Assembly (NCBI GenBank): GCA_963733195.1
Contig: CAVTCR010000007.1
Location: 1 to 64,000 of the forward strand
Direction: 5' to 3'
From: an uncultured delta proteobacterium
Lineage (GTDB): Bacteria; Desulfobacterota; Binatia; Bin18
DNA length: 64,000 nt
Shown: positions 32,851 through 42,240 of the stretch, one piece after another
Position numbering within the stretch: the stretch's first letter is position 1
Layout of the letters: each line of letters starts with the position of its first letter
Notes under the pieces: model-generated
The model's database searches: none
Seen by the model: the letters and a program-made list of their open reading frames with translations, nothing else
What the model was told of the DNA's origin: nothing
Translations under genes and position numbers: made by a program

Positions 32851-33156
32851 TCATAAGAACTTGGCGAGGTACGCGAAGAGGTCTGGGGCCACAGCAAGTT
32901 CTTTGAGATGGTACCGCCACGCCGATGTATCCGGATCCTGGACCAGGGCGTCGCCACCAGGGGGGCCACCGAGGTGCTGCGCCTCCTTCTCCCAAAAGGC
33001 TTGGGCGAACCCCCGCTCGAACAGCACTATATTCTCGTACCCCATCTGGAGGATATCCTCGGGACGGTTCAGTAAGATCGGCTTCCAGTCGGCGTTGTTC
33101 GCCCTAGCCTTAGCCAGTGCCTGCTCAAGAATTTTGACGTTACTGAGCGCTTGCAT
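32851..33156 (-). CDS. hypothetical protein, copy 2 (101 aa)
   Basis: Paralog of 26560..26865 with an identical C-terminal ELAVAPDLFAYLAKFL and the same RBS region. Confidence 0.75.
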   Translation of the reverse strand: MQALSNVKILEQALAKARANNADWKPILLNRPEDILQMGYENIVLFERGFAQAFWEKEAQHLGGPPGGDALVQDPDTSAWRYHLKELAVAPDLFAYLAKFL

Positions 33157-33355
33157 TAGGAATCCTCCTACCGTGTGAAATTCGTGGGGTTTTTAGTAAA
33201 TCTGCGATGATGCCCGGCAGCGCGGTCGTAAAGCACCGAGCAAGTCCGACAGAGCCTGAAGGATGGGTGTGATTGGCGTTCCTCCGATAGCGACACTGTC
33301 TTAGCAAACGCCAATCAACGTTCATATGTCTATTAGGAGCACCCTGGCCACAGCG

Positions 33356-33628
33356 TTAGGCGATACGGCTTGGACTACTACGCATGAAGCTCGCCAACCA
33401 CAGCAGCACGGAGGACCCTATGATAGCAGTCACCCAACTCCCCATATTCCAGAACCGGTAGGGATCAGGATCCTGGGTGAACATTGCCCATAAAAAGCCG
33501 CCGAGGACAGCGCCGACCACGCCAACAATAATATTGAGCAGGATGCCTTGCTGGGCGTCGGTGCCCATGATTTTACTAGCAATCCAACCGACCAGACCGC
33601 CGAAGATTAACCAACCGATGATACTCAT
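33356..33628 (-). CDS. GlsB/YeaQ/YmgE stress-response membrane protein
   Basis: MSIIGWLIFGGLVGWIASKIMG..GILLNIIVGVVGAVLGG. Confidence 0.9.
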   Translation of the reverse strand: MSIIGWLIFGGLVGWIASKIMGTDAQQGILLNIIVGVVGAVLGGFLWAMFTQDPDPYRFWNMGSWVTAIIGSSVLLWLASFMRSSPSRIA

Positions 33629-33827
33629 ATGTCTATCCTTTCTAATGTAAATCCGAGAGAGATGGGTAACAGTGGCATAGTCTTTTTCATGTCTTTTCTC
33701 CTTGACCCCTGAGAGATTCTCACTCTCAAGGCTCTGTTTGCGTTGGTTGTAAGGTTGAATAGATTCGTCAACTGCGTGAGGGAAAAGGGACACGTTAGAA
33801 CAGAACCGGTTCTGCTTGTTAAGTAAG

Positions 33828-33895
33828 AAGGTAATGCCGACGGCCCGCATTGTCTGTGAAATTCTTGCTACAAATGTTGGAATCGTGCGATAATC
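33828..33895 (-). promoter_or_regulatory. conserved promoter element, copy 5
   Basis: GTCTGTGAAATTCTTGCTACAAATGTTGGAATCGTGCGATAATC at 33852; -10 TACCTT. Confidence 0.8.
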
Positions 33896-34154
33896 GTGCC
33901 GGAGAGAGGAAAAACGCTCTTAATAACTAGACGTAATATTTACACTCATATCATGACAACAGCGGCGCCTCTTCGCCTTCCTGCTTAGCCAGCGACAAGA
34001 ACAGCACACCCTTCAGAGCCTCGAAGAAAGCAATAGTGCGTACCCCACGAGAGAGCTGTGTAGGGATAACAGTCTTATGCAAGGAGGATTTCCCCATCCT
34101 CATTCGATCACGGCTTCCACGCTCTCTGCCGGTGGTAACGTTATTCACGTTCCA

Positions 34155-35615
34155 TCAAGCGACCATTTTCTTTTTTTGCTCTGAGTCGGAGTCTTTGCGG
34201 TGTGGCGTTGTGTCTGTTGTCCCATTCGGGTCCGAATGATCCTGCGCTTCTGTCACCGCGGTTTCCACGCGCTCCACCGCCTCTTCCATCTGCTGGGTCG
34301 CGTGATTCAACTGTGCGAGCGGCATCTCTCCAGGAGGTCCGGTCGGCTCCGCATCCTCCTGTGCTGTGGCAATCATGGTCTCGACCCGCTCCACCGCCTG
34401 TTCAATTTGTTGATCCGTCGCGTCCACCACATGGTCTGGTATCTGTGGGTCAATCCCCATACGGGTGTCCCGCCCGCGCAGCCGTAGCCGCATCTGCTGC
34501 CGCAGCGCGTGCACGCGCGCGCGCAACGTCGTCAGCGGGCTGGCCGCCACAGTAGTGTCTTCCGGCACCGGCTCCGGGTTAATCACCATCCGATCCAGAA
34601 GCACTTGCACCACCACGGTCAGAGGGATAGCGATAAACACCCCCAGGATACCGTACAAGGTGCCGAGGGCGAGCACAGCGAACATTCCGACCAGGGCGCT
34701 GATGCCGACCGCGTGGCTCATGATCCGCGGGATCAGGACGTTATTCTCGAACACTTGCAACAGAATAGAAAACCCGATGACCAGCAGCACCGAGGTGAGT
34801 CCCAAAGGCAAGGCCACCAAGATGGCCGGAACAGCGGCCAGAATTGGCCCGATGAGCGGCACTGCCTCAAACAGCCCGGCCAAGACGGCGAGCGCGAGGA
34901 CGTTGGGCAGCCCGATCAGGACATAGCCGATGGCGGAGGCAGCCCCGATGATCAGCATCGCCAGCCCTTGGCCCCGTATGTAAGCGCCTAGCTTAAACTC
35001 GATTTCGTGCCAGGTATTCAACACTTGAGGACGACGCGCGACTGTGAACAGCGACAGGATCAGACGCTCCACGCGTGGCACTTCCATCGTCCAGTAGAAC
35101 CCGATGGCCAACACGACCACCAAGTAGGTGAAGAAGCTAACCGTACTGGTCACGACGCCTACCGCGTTAGCAAAAAAGGCTGGAGCCAGATCAGCGATGT
35201 TCTGAGCGAGGACTGCAAAAGGAGGGATTCTGTCACCCAAGCGTTGTAGCAGCGGGGTCGGGCTGGCGTGCAACCGCTCCACAAAGTTGGCGTACTGCTC
35301 GGGCAAGCTCACCGCTAAGGCGTGGATTTGCTCGATCAGCACCGGTCCTATGAACAGAACAACGAGCGCGATACCGACGATAAAGAGCAAATAGATCAGG
35401 AGCACGGCCAGCCCTTTGGGAACCCCGAGTCCACACAGCCGTACGTGTCCCGGCTGTAACGCAGCCGCCACGACAATGCCGAGGAAGAACACCACCAGGA
35501 GGTCGATCAGGGAGTATAAGAGAGCAGCCACCCCGACCATGCCAAGGGCGAGGGCTATCAACGCGGCAGCGTTGCCTAAGTCTAGTTTTCGGATTTCCGA
35601 AGTATTGTCGCTCAT
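34155..35615 (-). CDS. AI-2E family transporter with C-terminal extension
   Basis: LGAYIRGQ, AGLFEAVPLIGP, QVFENNVLIPRIMSHAVGIS, YGILGVFIAIP. Confidence 0.9.
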   Translation of the reverse strand: MSDNTSEIRKLDLGNAAALIALALGMVGVAALLYSLIDLLVVFFLGIVVAAALQPGHVRLCGLGVPKGLAVLLIYLLFIVGIALVVLFIGPVLIEQIHALAVSLPEQYANFVERLHASPTPLLQRLGDRIPPFAVLAQNIADLAPAFFANAVGVVTSTVSFFTYLVVVLAIGFYWTMEVPRVERLILSLFTVARRPQVLNTWHEIEFKLGAYIRGQGLAMLIIGAASAIGYVLIGLPNVLALAVLAGLFEAVPLIGPILAAVPAILVALPLGLTSVLLVIGFSILLQVFENNVLIPRIMSHAVGISALVGMFAVLALGTLYGILGVFIAIPLTVVVQVLLDRMVINPEPVPEDTTVAASPLTTLRARVHALRQQMRLRLRGRDTRMGIDPQIPDHVVDATDQQIEQAVERVETMIATAQEDAEPTGPPGEMPLAQLNHATQQMEEAVERVETAVTEAQDHSDPNGTTDTTPHRKDSDSEQKKKMVA

Positions 35616-35709
35616 TGTGAGGATCTGTCAGGCGAGGTTAATAGATGTGGTGTGTTGATACGTCGGCTTTATTCTTGATCTCCAGCAGCTCGCTGACTCG
35701 CGCTTCGTA

Positions 35710-35907
35710 TTATTGGACGGTGTGTCTCTGAAAACGAGGCCATAGTGACGGCATGACGCGACGGCTTGCCAGTCCACCAATAAAAAGCAGAGCGAGGCTC
35801 ACAACCAACCAGAGCCACAGAGGCTCTGGCATGATACCAGCAAGTCCATGCGGGCCACGAACGTTGGCAATAAGTCGAATGAAGAGAAACGATAGTGTCA
35901 AGCTCAT
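35710..35907 (-). CDS. small hypothetical membrane protein
   Basis: 65 aa with a TM helix and AGGAGG RBS. Confidence 0.5.
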   Translation of the reverse strand: MSLTLSFLFIRLIANVRGPHGLAGIMPEPLWLWLVVSLALLFIGGLASRRVMPSLWPRFQRHTVQ

Positions 35908-36129
35908 AGCCGGCCTCCTGTGCTGTGGTCACGATGGCGACGCGTGAACAGAACAACAGCGTCTGCGTCGGAGAGGCTCAGGGCGTAGGCTTATCCCTTG
36001 CCCTGACTTCGTCCATAAAAGCGGTGAAGAGAAGCAGATAGGCTGTCCCGAGCATAATGACTGGAGCAATGATATCGAGGAGGTTCATGGTCGTTCCTTA
36101 CAGTCCTTTGGCGAGAACCGCCTTCGAGC

Positions 36130-36197
36130 AATGTAATGCAGGCACCCCGCGTCGTCTGTGAGATTCGTGCTACAAATGTTGGAATCCTGCGACAATC
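36130..36197 (-). promoter_or_regulatory. conserved promoter element, copy 6
   Basis: GTCTGTGAGATTCGTGCTACAAATGTTGGAATCCTGCGACAATC at 36154; -10 TACATT. Confidence 0.8.
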
Positions 36198-36315
36198 GTG
36201 CCGGTGGCGCACCGACAAATATTAACTCCGAGTTTGCTCTCGGTAGGCTGAGGGGGCTGGGCGACGCGCGCCGTGAGACTTCAGCAGAGTGCTTGTCAGT
36301 TCTGCACCGCTAGTT

Positions 36316-36546
36316 CTACCAGCGAAACCACTCGCCACCATTATACCGACCTCTCCCATTATCCTGGCCCCAACCGTTATACGAGTCTCTTCTGTCGTAA
36401 CGGTCTACAGAAGATCCACGGTCGTACGCCTCATCGTGCCACGCATCGCGCTCGTGATGGAACCGACGGTGGCCACTACAGGCACTCACCGCTAAGAAGG
36501 CGAGTGGCAGGGCCAGAAAGGCAATTCTTGGTAATAAGGTTCGCAT
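36316..36546 (-). CDS. small putative lipoprotein
   Basis: MRTLLPRIAFLALPLAFLAVSAC lipobox; AAGGAG RBS; charged, Gly-rich tail. Confidence 0.6.
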   Translation of the reverse strand: MRTLLPRIAFLALPLAFLAVSACSGHRRFHHERDAWHDEAYDRGSSVDRYDRRDSYNGWGQDNGRGRYNGGEWFRW

Positions 36547-36801
36547 AGCAAACTCCTTTCGTCGACATAGCAAGTGAGTAGGGTCAAGGTGATGAGAGTT
36601 CGGATGCGTGATGCCGAACTCCTCGAAGATCACACGGGGCGCGTCGTGGGCAGCCACTACGGGAACAGTCACCAGCAAACCCGCGTTAGACAGCTAAGCC
36701 ATCACGTTTTTCGAGCATATCGCGCAGCCACTTTATTCTCTTTGTCACTAGAAGTTTACTTGACAAGTCCCACTAGCCTCCTGAGGGACAGGGCAGAGGA
36801 A

Positions 36802-37014
36802 TTACTTTGTCTTGTCAGTGACGGCACGATCGAGTTCTTTCCCGGCCTTCTCTGCCGGCCCAGGCGGATTCACCACGTCTTTCATCTTTTCAACCGCTTG
36901 GTCGACCTCTTTGCCAGCCCGCTCGGCTGGTCCTTGACGCTCACAGCCGGTAGCCAGGAACGTAATGCCGATTATTAACATGGTACCCAACGCCATTGCT
37001 GCGATCTTTTTCAT
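36802..37014 (-). CDS. small lipoprotein (YtxH/OsmY-associated type), copy 1
   Basis: LATGC lipobox; GPAERAGKEVDQAVE / GPAEKAGKELDRAV repeat. Confidence 0.8.
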   Translation of the reverse strand: MKKIAAMALGTMLIIGITFLATGCERQGPAERAGKEVDQAVEKMKDVVNPPGPAEKAGKELDRAVTDKTK

Positions 37015-37087
37015 TGTGATTCTCCCTTCTGCTCTGCACGCGCTGTCTGCGTGTGTAGTTTTTAATGATGTGCTTCTAGAGTTCGTG

Positions 37088-37255
37088 CTACACGACCGAT
37101 CCGTGACGCTCGGTGATCAGGCTGACGGTGGACCCGACTAAAAAGACGACAGACAAGATCCAGGCGATCTGACTGGCAGTCCCGGCTAAGCCAGTAAACC
37201 CCAACACAGCGGCGATCAGTGCAAGAATGAGAAACGTCATTGTCCACGTTAACAT
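37088..37255 (-). CDS. DUF1328 (YtjA-like) small membrane protein, copy 1
   Basis: [40 protein letters not shown]. Confidence 0.88.
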   Translation of the reverse strand: MLTWTMTFLILALIAAVLGFTGLAGTASQIAWILSVVFLVGSTVSLITERHGSVV

Positions 37256-37481
37256 AACGTTACCTTCCTTTCCGTAATGAGAGCGCTTACCAAAATCGTC
37301 CAAGTCCAGTTCAACATGTAATGACCCTCCTTTCTGTGTTTTTTTGCTATTCGTGTGGTGTTCCGGTGACTTGCTGATTGCGGACCGCATTGCTTCACCT
37401 GCGCGTGCGGCCACCGACTGTGGTCTCGTAGGGAAAGGGTAAGGGTTCCGAGCCTGGCGAGACCTTTTTCTACTTGTTCCC

Positions 37482-37549
37482 AATGTAAGACTGGTGGCGC
37501 GCGTCGTCTGTGAGATTCCTGCTCCGAATGTTGGAATCCTGCGACAATC
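37482..37549 (-). promoter_or_regulatory. conserved promoter element, copy 7
   Basis: GTCTGTGAGATTCCTGCTCCGAATGTTGGAATCCTGCGACAATC at 37506; -10 TACATT. Confidence 0.8.
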
Positions 37550-38091
37550 ATAGAAGAGGAGAGAAGTATACCCTCACAGCGAGCCGTGCTCCGTCGTTAG
37601 CGGTCCACCACTAAACCAAGATGCAGGAGATTGGCACAGTTGCCGCCTGGCGCTGAAGTACCAGGCTCAACAAACAAAGGGGACTGTCGTCCCCTGAGAG
37701 CCCGGTTCACCGGGCTTGGTAGTGTGAGCCCGACGCTTGAGCGTCGGGCGGAGGCTGCACAAGCAGTAACCGCAGTGTACGAATCTCTTGACGTTTGATT
37801 TAGACGGTGAGCTCAGGAACAGGACCACCACCGTACGCTATGGTGCGGCACCGCCGCGACGGTTTAGGGTCTACGGGACCGCTCCCGGCGGAACTCCGCG
37901 CGATCCTAAACCGAACCACACGAGATTCGTGCAGATGCTCACCTGTTCTCTCTGGTAGCGTGCGCCATGCGCACGAATGGCGGTGGCTGGGGGTCGCGCG
38001 CACAGCGCGCGCTACGCGAAGTGTCCCCATGTTCTGTGGTTCGATTAGGACGCCCGTGCCAGAGGCACTGATGGCGGCGCGTCGTGAAGAA

Positions 38092-39048
38092 CTAACTTCT
38101 TGTGCTGTCTCTGTAAGCTTTGGGAGTGAGCGCGACGTGCTTGCGAAAAAGGGCGGTGAAGTGGCTTTGGTCTGCACACCCGACCTGAGCACCGATCTCG
38201 ATAAGCGGCATGTCGGTCTCGGCCAGCAGCCGCTTGGCTTGCTCCATCCGACACGTAATCACGTATTGGTGGGGCGATAACCCGGTGGTGTGCCTAAACA
38301 GGCGGGCAAAATGGGCGGGGCTCGTCTGCCCCACAGCGGCGAGTGTAACCAGGGATAAGTCTTGTTCCAGATGTTCCTGGATGTAGGCGGTGGTACGCCG
38401 CAGCTTGTTCGGTGAGAGTCCGCCGGTCACCTCGCCTAGGGAGGGCCGAGAAGCGGCATAGCGTCTGAGGAAGTGAACCACTAAGGCATCGGCTAACGCC
38501 TTGGCATACAGCTGCCCCGCCACGCCTTCGCCTTCGAGTGCTACTTGCAGCACTAACGCGATGTGGTGGAGGAGGGGATCGTGGACGGCAAGGGAGGGGA
38601 CAATCGTGACGTGTTCCGCCTGAAGCGACTCATAGGAGGAATGCATTAGCAGCGCGGGGTGCACAGAAGAGATAGAGGACTCCGTCTTCTCAAGCCACGG
38701 AATCCACACCAGTTCGCCATTCGCTTCGGGAACTACTCCGTGGGCGATGGCCGCGAAGAGGACCAGATCAAGGGAAAAGGTCACACGTGCCGCCTCTTGT
38801 TCCCATGCTATCCTCTGTGGGGGGACCAGAGGAACAAGGCGAATCTCGTCTGTCGTCAAGTAGGAACTGACTCGGCGTACTATTGCCGGTGGTTCCTTGG
38901 CCTGAAAGACAGACAGCCGAGCAGGTGCTGAGACAAGGACGGGCCCCACATCCTGAAACATGCTGCTTCTGCCGTCCCACTGGAGCGTGGTGCCTGCCGC
39001 CAGCGGCAGCGTGGCGCTCGCCACTACCACTCTGGCCTTTTCAGCCAT
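38092..39048 (-). CDS. AraC family transcriptional regulator
   Basis: DPLLHHIALVL, GGLSPNKLRRTTAYIQEHL, SPAHFARLFRHTTGLSPHQY, IGAQVGCADQSHFTALFRKHVALTPKAYR. Confidence 0.93.
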   Translation of the reverse strand: MAEKARVVVASATLPLAAGTTLQWDGRSSMFQDVGPVLVSAPARLSVFQAKEPPAIVRRVSSYLTTDEIRLVPLVPPQRIAWEQEAARVTFSLDLVLFAAIAHGVVPEANGELVWIPWLEKTESSISSVHPALLMHSSYESLQAEHVTIVPSLAVHDPLLHHIALVLQVALEGEGVAGQLYAKALADALVVHFLRRYAASRPSLGEVTGGLSPNKLRRTTAYIQEHLEQDLSLVTLAAVGQTSPAHFARLFRHTTGLSPHQYVITCRMEQAKRLLAETDMPLIEIGAQVGCADQSHFTALFRKHVALTPKAYRDSTRS

Positions 39049-39434
39049 GACCGCCTCCTGCGAGAGAGTTCCGGATTGGTTACAGCGTGACATCAGCAGC
39101 TTATGATATATAACTGAGTACGGTTTTACCCCTCACAAAATTCGCGAGTGAGAAGAGGGCAGAAGTATCGCGACAGAACTACCACGTCGCCTGCAGAGCC
39201 CACGACTTGCCTGAGGGTGTTTTTACTACACTCACCATATCATATGTTATAGCAGTGTCTATAAGCATTAATCTCATTGGAAGCATGGCATTGTTGCATG
39301 GTCTACGTAATACAAATGCCAGATGATCCTCGGCCACTACTTGATGCCTCGTTCATGCTTTGACGGGGCTTAGCAGGAGAGGAGGGGGGATCACGCTTTG
39401 AAGGGTAGGTTTTGCATCGAGTGAAAAACCGCGG

Positions 39435-39462
39435 CGTCATTCCCGCGAAAGCGGGAATCCAG
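39435..39462. repeat. REP/RS3-like palindrome
   Basis: CGTCATTCCCGCGAAAGCGGGAATCCAG; related partial copies near 12392 and 62589. Confidence 0.65.
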
Positions 39463-39741
39463 GAAAAGGCCGACTGGCGGTGAGAACCCGCCTGGATGCC
39501 CGCTCCCAGTAGGAACCTGGGACAAGCTACGCGGGCATGACGGGCTAGTGTATCTGGGCGGGTAATAAACCCGCGACAACTGCAGGTTTGGAGGAAAAAA
39601 CATACCCTTATGGGTGCACGGGGGTTCTCGCCATTGCCGCTCGCGTTCCGCCGGCGGCGTTGAGTATCTTCAAAATGAAGGTGCGACATCAAATCTCGCA
39701 GCTTGCTCTCTACGTTCCCGTTCAGCGCGGCTGTTTGCCCC

Positions 39742-40245
39742 TCAGTCGTGGAGGTGTGCTTCTAAGATCCAGAGTTGCTTATCGACCCCGCGCGAGATGT
39801 CGGTATAGACCGCCGCACTGCCCGCGTCCTCGACATCGGCGGCGAGCGCAATAGCGCTCCGCATCACCGTAGCGTAGTGCGCGAAGCGCTCCACCAGTGC
39901 CAGCACATGAGTGTTGCCCTCTACGAGGGCGCTGGGATACTCAGGCACCCTCGACTGCAGGGCCGCTGTACGGGCCGTTCCCATCACCACTCCCCCCAGC
40001 ACGGCGATGCGTTCGGCCACCAGGTCGGAGTAGACTTCGAGTTCGGTCGCCATGGTGGCGAAGAGGGTATGCAACGGAGCAAAGTCTTTACCCTTGACAT
40101 TCCAGCAGGCTTGTTTGACTTGGGAGCGCAGATCCACGGTGCAGGCCAGGGTCTGATTCAGCAGCGTAATCACGTCCAGGCGGATTTCCGGGGGCATATC
40201 GATCCGCGTGGGATGGAGGGCGGGGGCATGGTTGCTGTTGTTCAT
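39742..40245 (-). CDS. dps: DNA starvation/stationary-phase protection protein Dps
   Basis: LNQTLA..DLRSQVKQACWNVKG..LHTLF..DLVAERIAVLGG..DKQLWILEAHL. Confidence 0.92.
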   Translation of the reverse strand: MNNSNHAPALHPTRIDMPPEIRLDVITLLNQTLACTVDLRSQVKQACWNVKGKDFAPLHTLFATMATELEVYSDLVAERIAVLGGVVMGTARTAALQSRVPEYPSALVEGNTHVLALVERFAHYATVMRSAIALAADVEDAGSAAVYTDISRGVDKQLWILEAHLHD

Positions 40246-40339
40246 ATACTTTCCTTTCGGCTCTCCGCATCGTCTTGTCTGCATGTGCGGACGCTGGCGA
40301 GGGTCCCGAGCCAGGCGAGGCCCCTGTCTGTTTGTTCAC

Positions 40340-40407
40340 AATGTAACGCCGGCCTTCCGCGCCGTCTGTGAGATTTCTGCTACAAATGTTGGAATCATGC
40401 GACAATC
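40340..40407 (-). promoter_or_regulatory. conserved promoter element, copy 8 (heads dps)
   Basis: GTCTGTGAGATTTCTGCTACAAATGTTGGAATCATGCGACAATC at 40364; -10 TACATT. Confidence 0.8.
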
Positions 40408-40614
40408 GTACAGCTAAGTACAAGCCACAGGGATTCTAATGGAGTGTCATTCAGAGGAGCAACGCGAAGAATCTTCTTGGAGGGGCAGAGGGGGAGATTC
40501 TTTGCCTTCGCTTTGCTGCGGCTCAGAATGGCTGTACCCCTCAGCTTCTCTGTGACTGTGCTTAGATCCTCAGCTCTAGAGAAGGTCAAGGATCTCGAGG
40601 TTTTTGAGAGTTGC

Positions 40615-42240
40615 TCAAGCAGAGGGAGTGTTGCCGCCACTTGGTACCCATACACGAAACGTCGAGCCGTGCCCAATCGTACTCTGCACCTCTATCGTCC
40701 CGCCCAACATCTCCAGGAGTCGCCTCACAATATGCAGCCCCAGCCCAATACCTCCATAGCGGCGCGTCGTGGAGCGCTCGACTTGAAGAAAGGGCTCGAA
40801 AATATTTCGTACCTCCGCTGGGGGAATGCCAATCCCCGTGTCACTGACGCTAATCGTTATCCCTCCTTGCTGGCCGTGTGCCTCCACCACGATGCTGCCC
40901 TGCTCAGTGAACTTGACCGCGTTGCCGATGAGGTTCTTGATGACCATCTTCAACTTTCCCGGGTCCGTGTGTAATGACGGCAGCTTGTCGGTGACGTTCC
41001 ATACAAAGGCGAGCGGTGACTGCTCCCATACCCCCTGGGTCTCCGCCTTAATCTCCTCTAGCAATGCAGGCACCTGGATCTCTTTCATTTCTAGCGGGAG
41101 CCGGCCCGCCTCCATGCGGCTTAAATCGAGGATAGCCGTGATGAGATCAAGTAATTCAAACGCATTCCGCCGAATCATCCGCAAGGCACTGACCTCCTGC
41201 TCCATGAGCGGGCCAAAGGTGCCCTCGCTCAGAATGTCCGTGTAGCCGATCACGACACTGAGCGGCGTGCGCAGTTCATGACTCATGGTGGCGAGGAACT
41301 CGCTCTTGGTCCGGCTTGCCGCCTCGGCTGCCTCTTTCGCGGCGCGTAATTCTTGCTCTGCCTCATAGCGCGGAGTGATGTCGCGGAAGACCATCACCAC
41401 GCCATGCAGTGTACCATCGCTGCTGCGAATCGGTGCCCCGCTATCGGCCACCGGGATTTCGCGGCCGTCGCGGGTTTTTAACATCGTCCGAGTGGCCATC
41501 CCAACAATCGTTCCCTCCCGTAGCACCCGGTTGACCGGGTTTTCCACCAGTTGTCGGGTGTCCTGATTGATCAACACCAAGACCTCATTAATCTCGCGGC
41601 CGCGTGCGTCCTGGGTTGTCCAGCCCGTGAGCCGTTCAGCCTCGGGGTTCAGAAACGTGATAGCGGCGCTGGTGTCTGTAGCAAGCACCGCATCGCCGAT
41701 ACTGGACAGGGTGACATCGAGCCAATCATGGTCTTGCCGTAACAGCCGCTCTGCCCGCATGCGCTCGGTAATATCCTCCATTGCCAGGAGGATCAGCGGC
41801 GCTCCAGCACCGTCCCGGTCAATACGGCGCGCGTTGAGCAACATAGTCTTCTTCCCGATGGTGGGGAACTCAGGGGTCACGTTGAAATCCTGGATTGCGG
41901 TACCTGTGGGTAGTACATCCTTAAGAAGGTGTCTCAGCGCGGGAATATCCCACTGGCGGTTGCCCAAGTCGTAGAGGAGTTGGTGCTCCGTTTCCTTCGG
42001 TGTTACCTGGAATGTTTGGTAGAAAGCTCGATTCGCCGAGATAATACGAAAGTCCCCGTCGAGAACTATCAGCGGCTCGCGGACTGCCGCCATAATACTT
42101 TCAGCATCGAGCCGGGCCGCGTGCAGCGTCACTTCCGTTCGCTCAGGTGCGGTGTCCGAGTCTTGGAGTTCCACAACTTGTTGGCGCAGGAGAGCTAATT
42201 CTTTGAGCAGTTGGTGCTTCGGCTTGTTGTTATCGTCCAT
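40615..42240 (-). CDS. PAS-PAS sensor histidine kinase
   Basis: Two PAS domains, FLATMSHELRTPL H-box, NLIGNAVKFT, DTGIG, GGIGLGL. Confidence 0.92.
   Translation of the reverse strand: MDDNNKPKHQLLKELALLRQQVVELQDSDTAPERTEVTLHAARLDAESIMAAVREPLIVLDGDFRIISANRAFYQTFQVTPKETEHQLLYDLGNRQWDIPALRHLLKDVLPTGTAIQDFNVTPEFPTIGKKTMLLNARRIDRDGAGAPLILLAMEDITERMRAERLLRQDHDWLDVTLSSIGDAVLATDTSAAITFLNPEAERLTGWTTQDARGREINEVLVLINQDTRQLVENPVNRVLREGTIVGMATRTMLKTRDGREIPVADSGAPIRSSDGTLHGVVMVFRDITPRYEAEQELRAAKEAAEAASRTKSEFLATMSHELRTPLSVVIGYTDILSEGTFGPLMEQEVSALRMIRRNAFELLDLITAILDLSRMEAGRLPLEMKEIQVPALLEEIKAETQGVWEQSPLAFVWNVTDKLPSLHTDPGKLKMVIKNLIGNAVKFTEQGSIVVEAHGQQGGITISVSDTGIGIPPAEVRNIFEPFLQVERSTTRRYGGIGLGLHIVRRLLEMLGGTIEVQSTIGHGSTFRVWVPSGGNTPSA

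Noticed and set aside
33171-33190. GTGTGAAATTCGTG as a twelfth promoter copy
   Set aside because: Only a partial half-site, directly next to the RBS with no room for a -10; possibly a remnant
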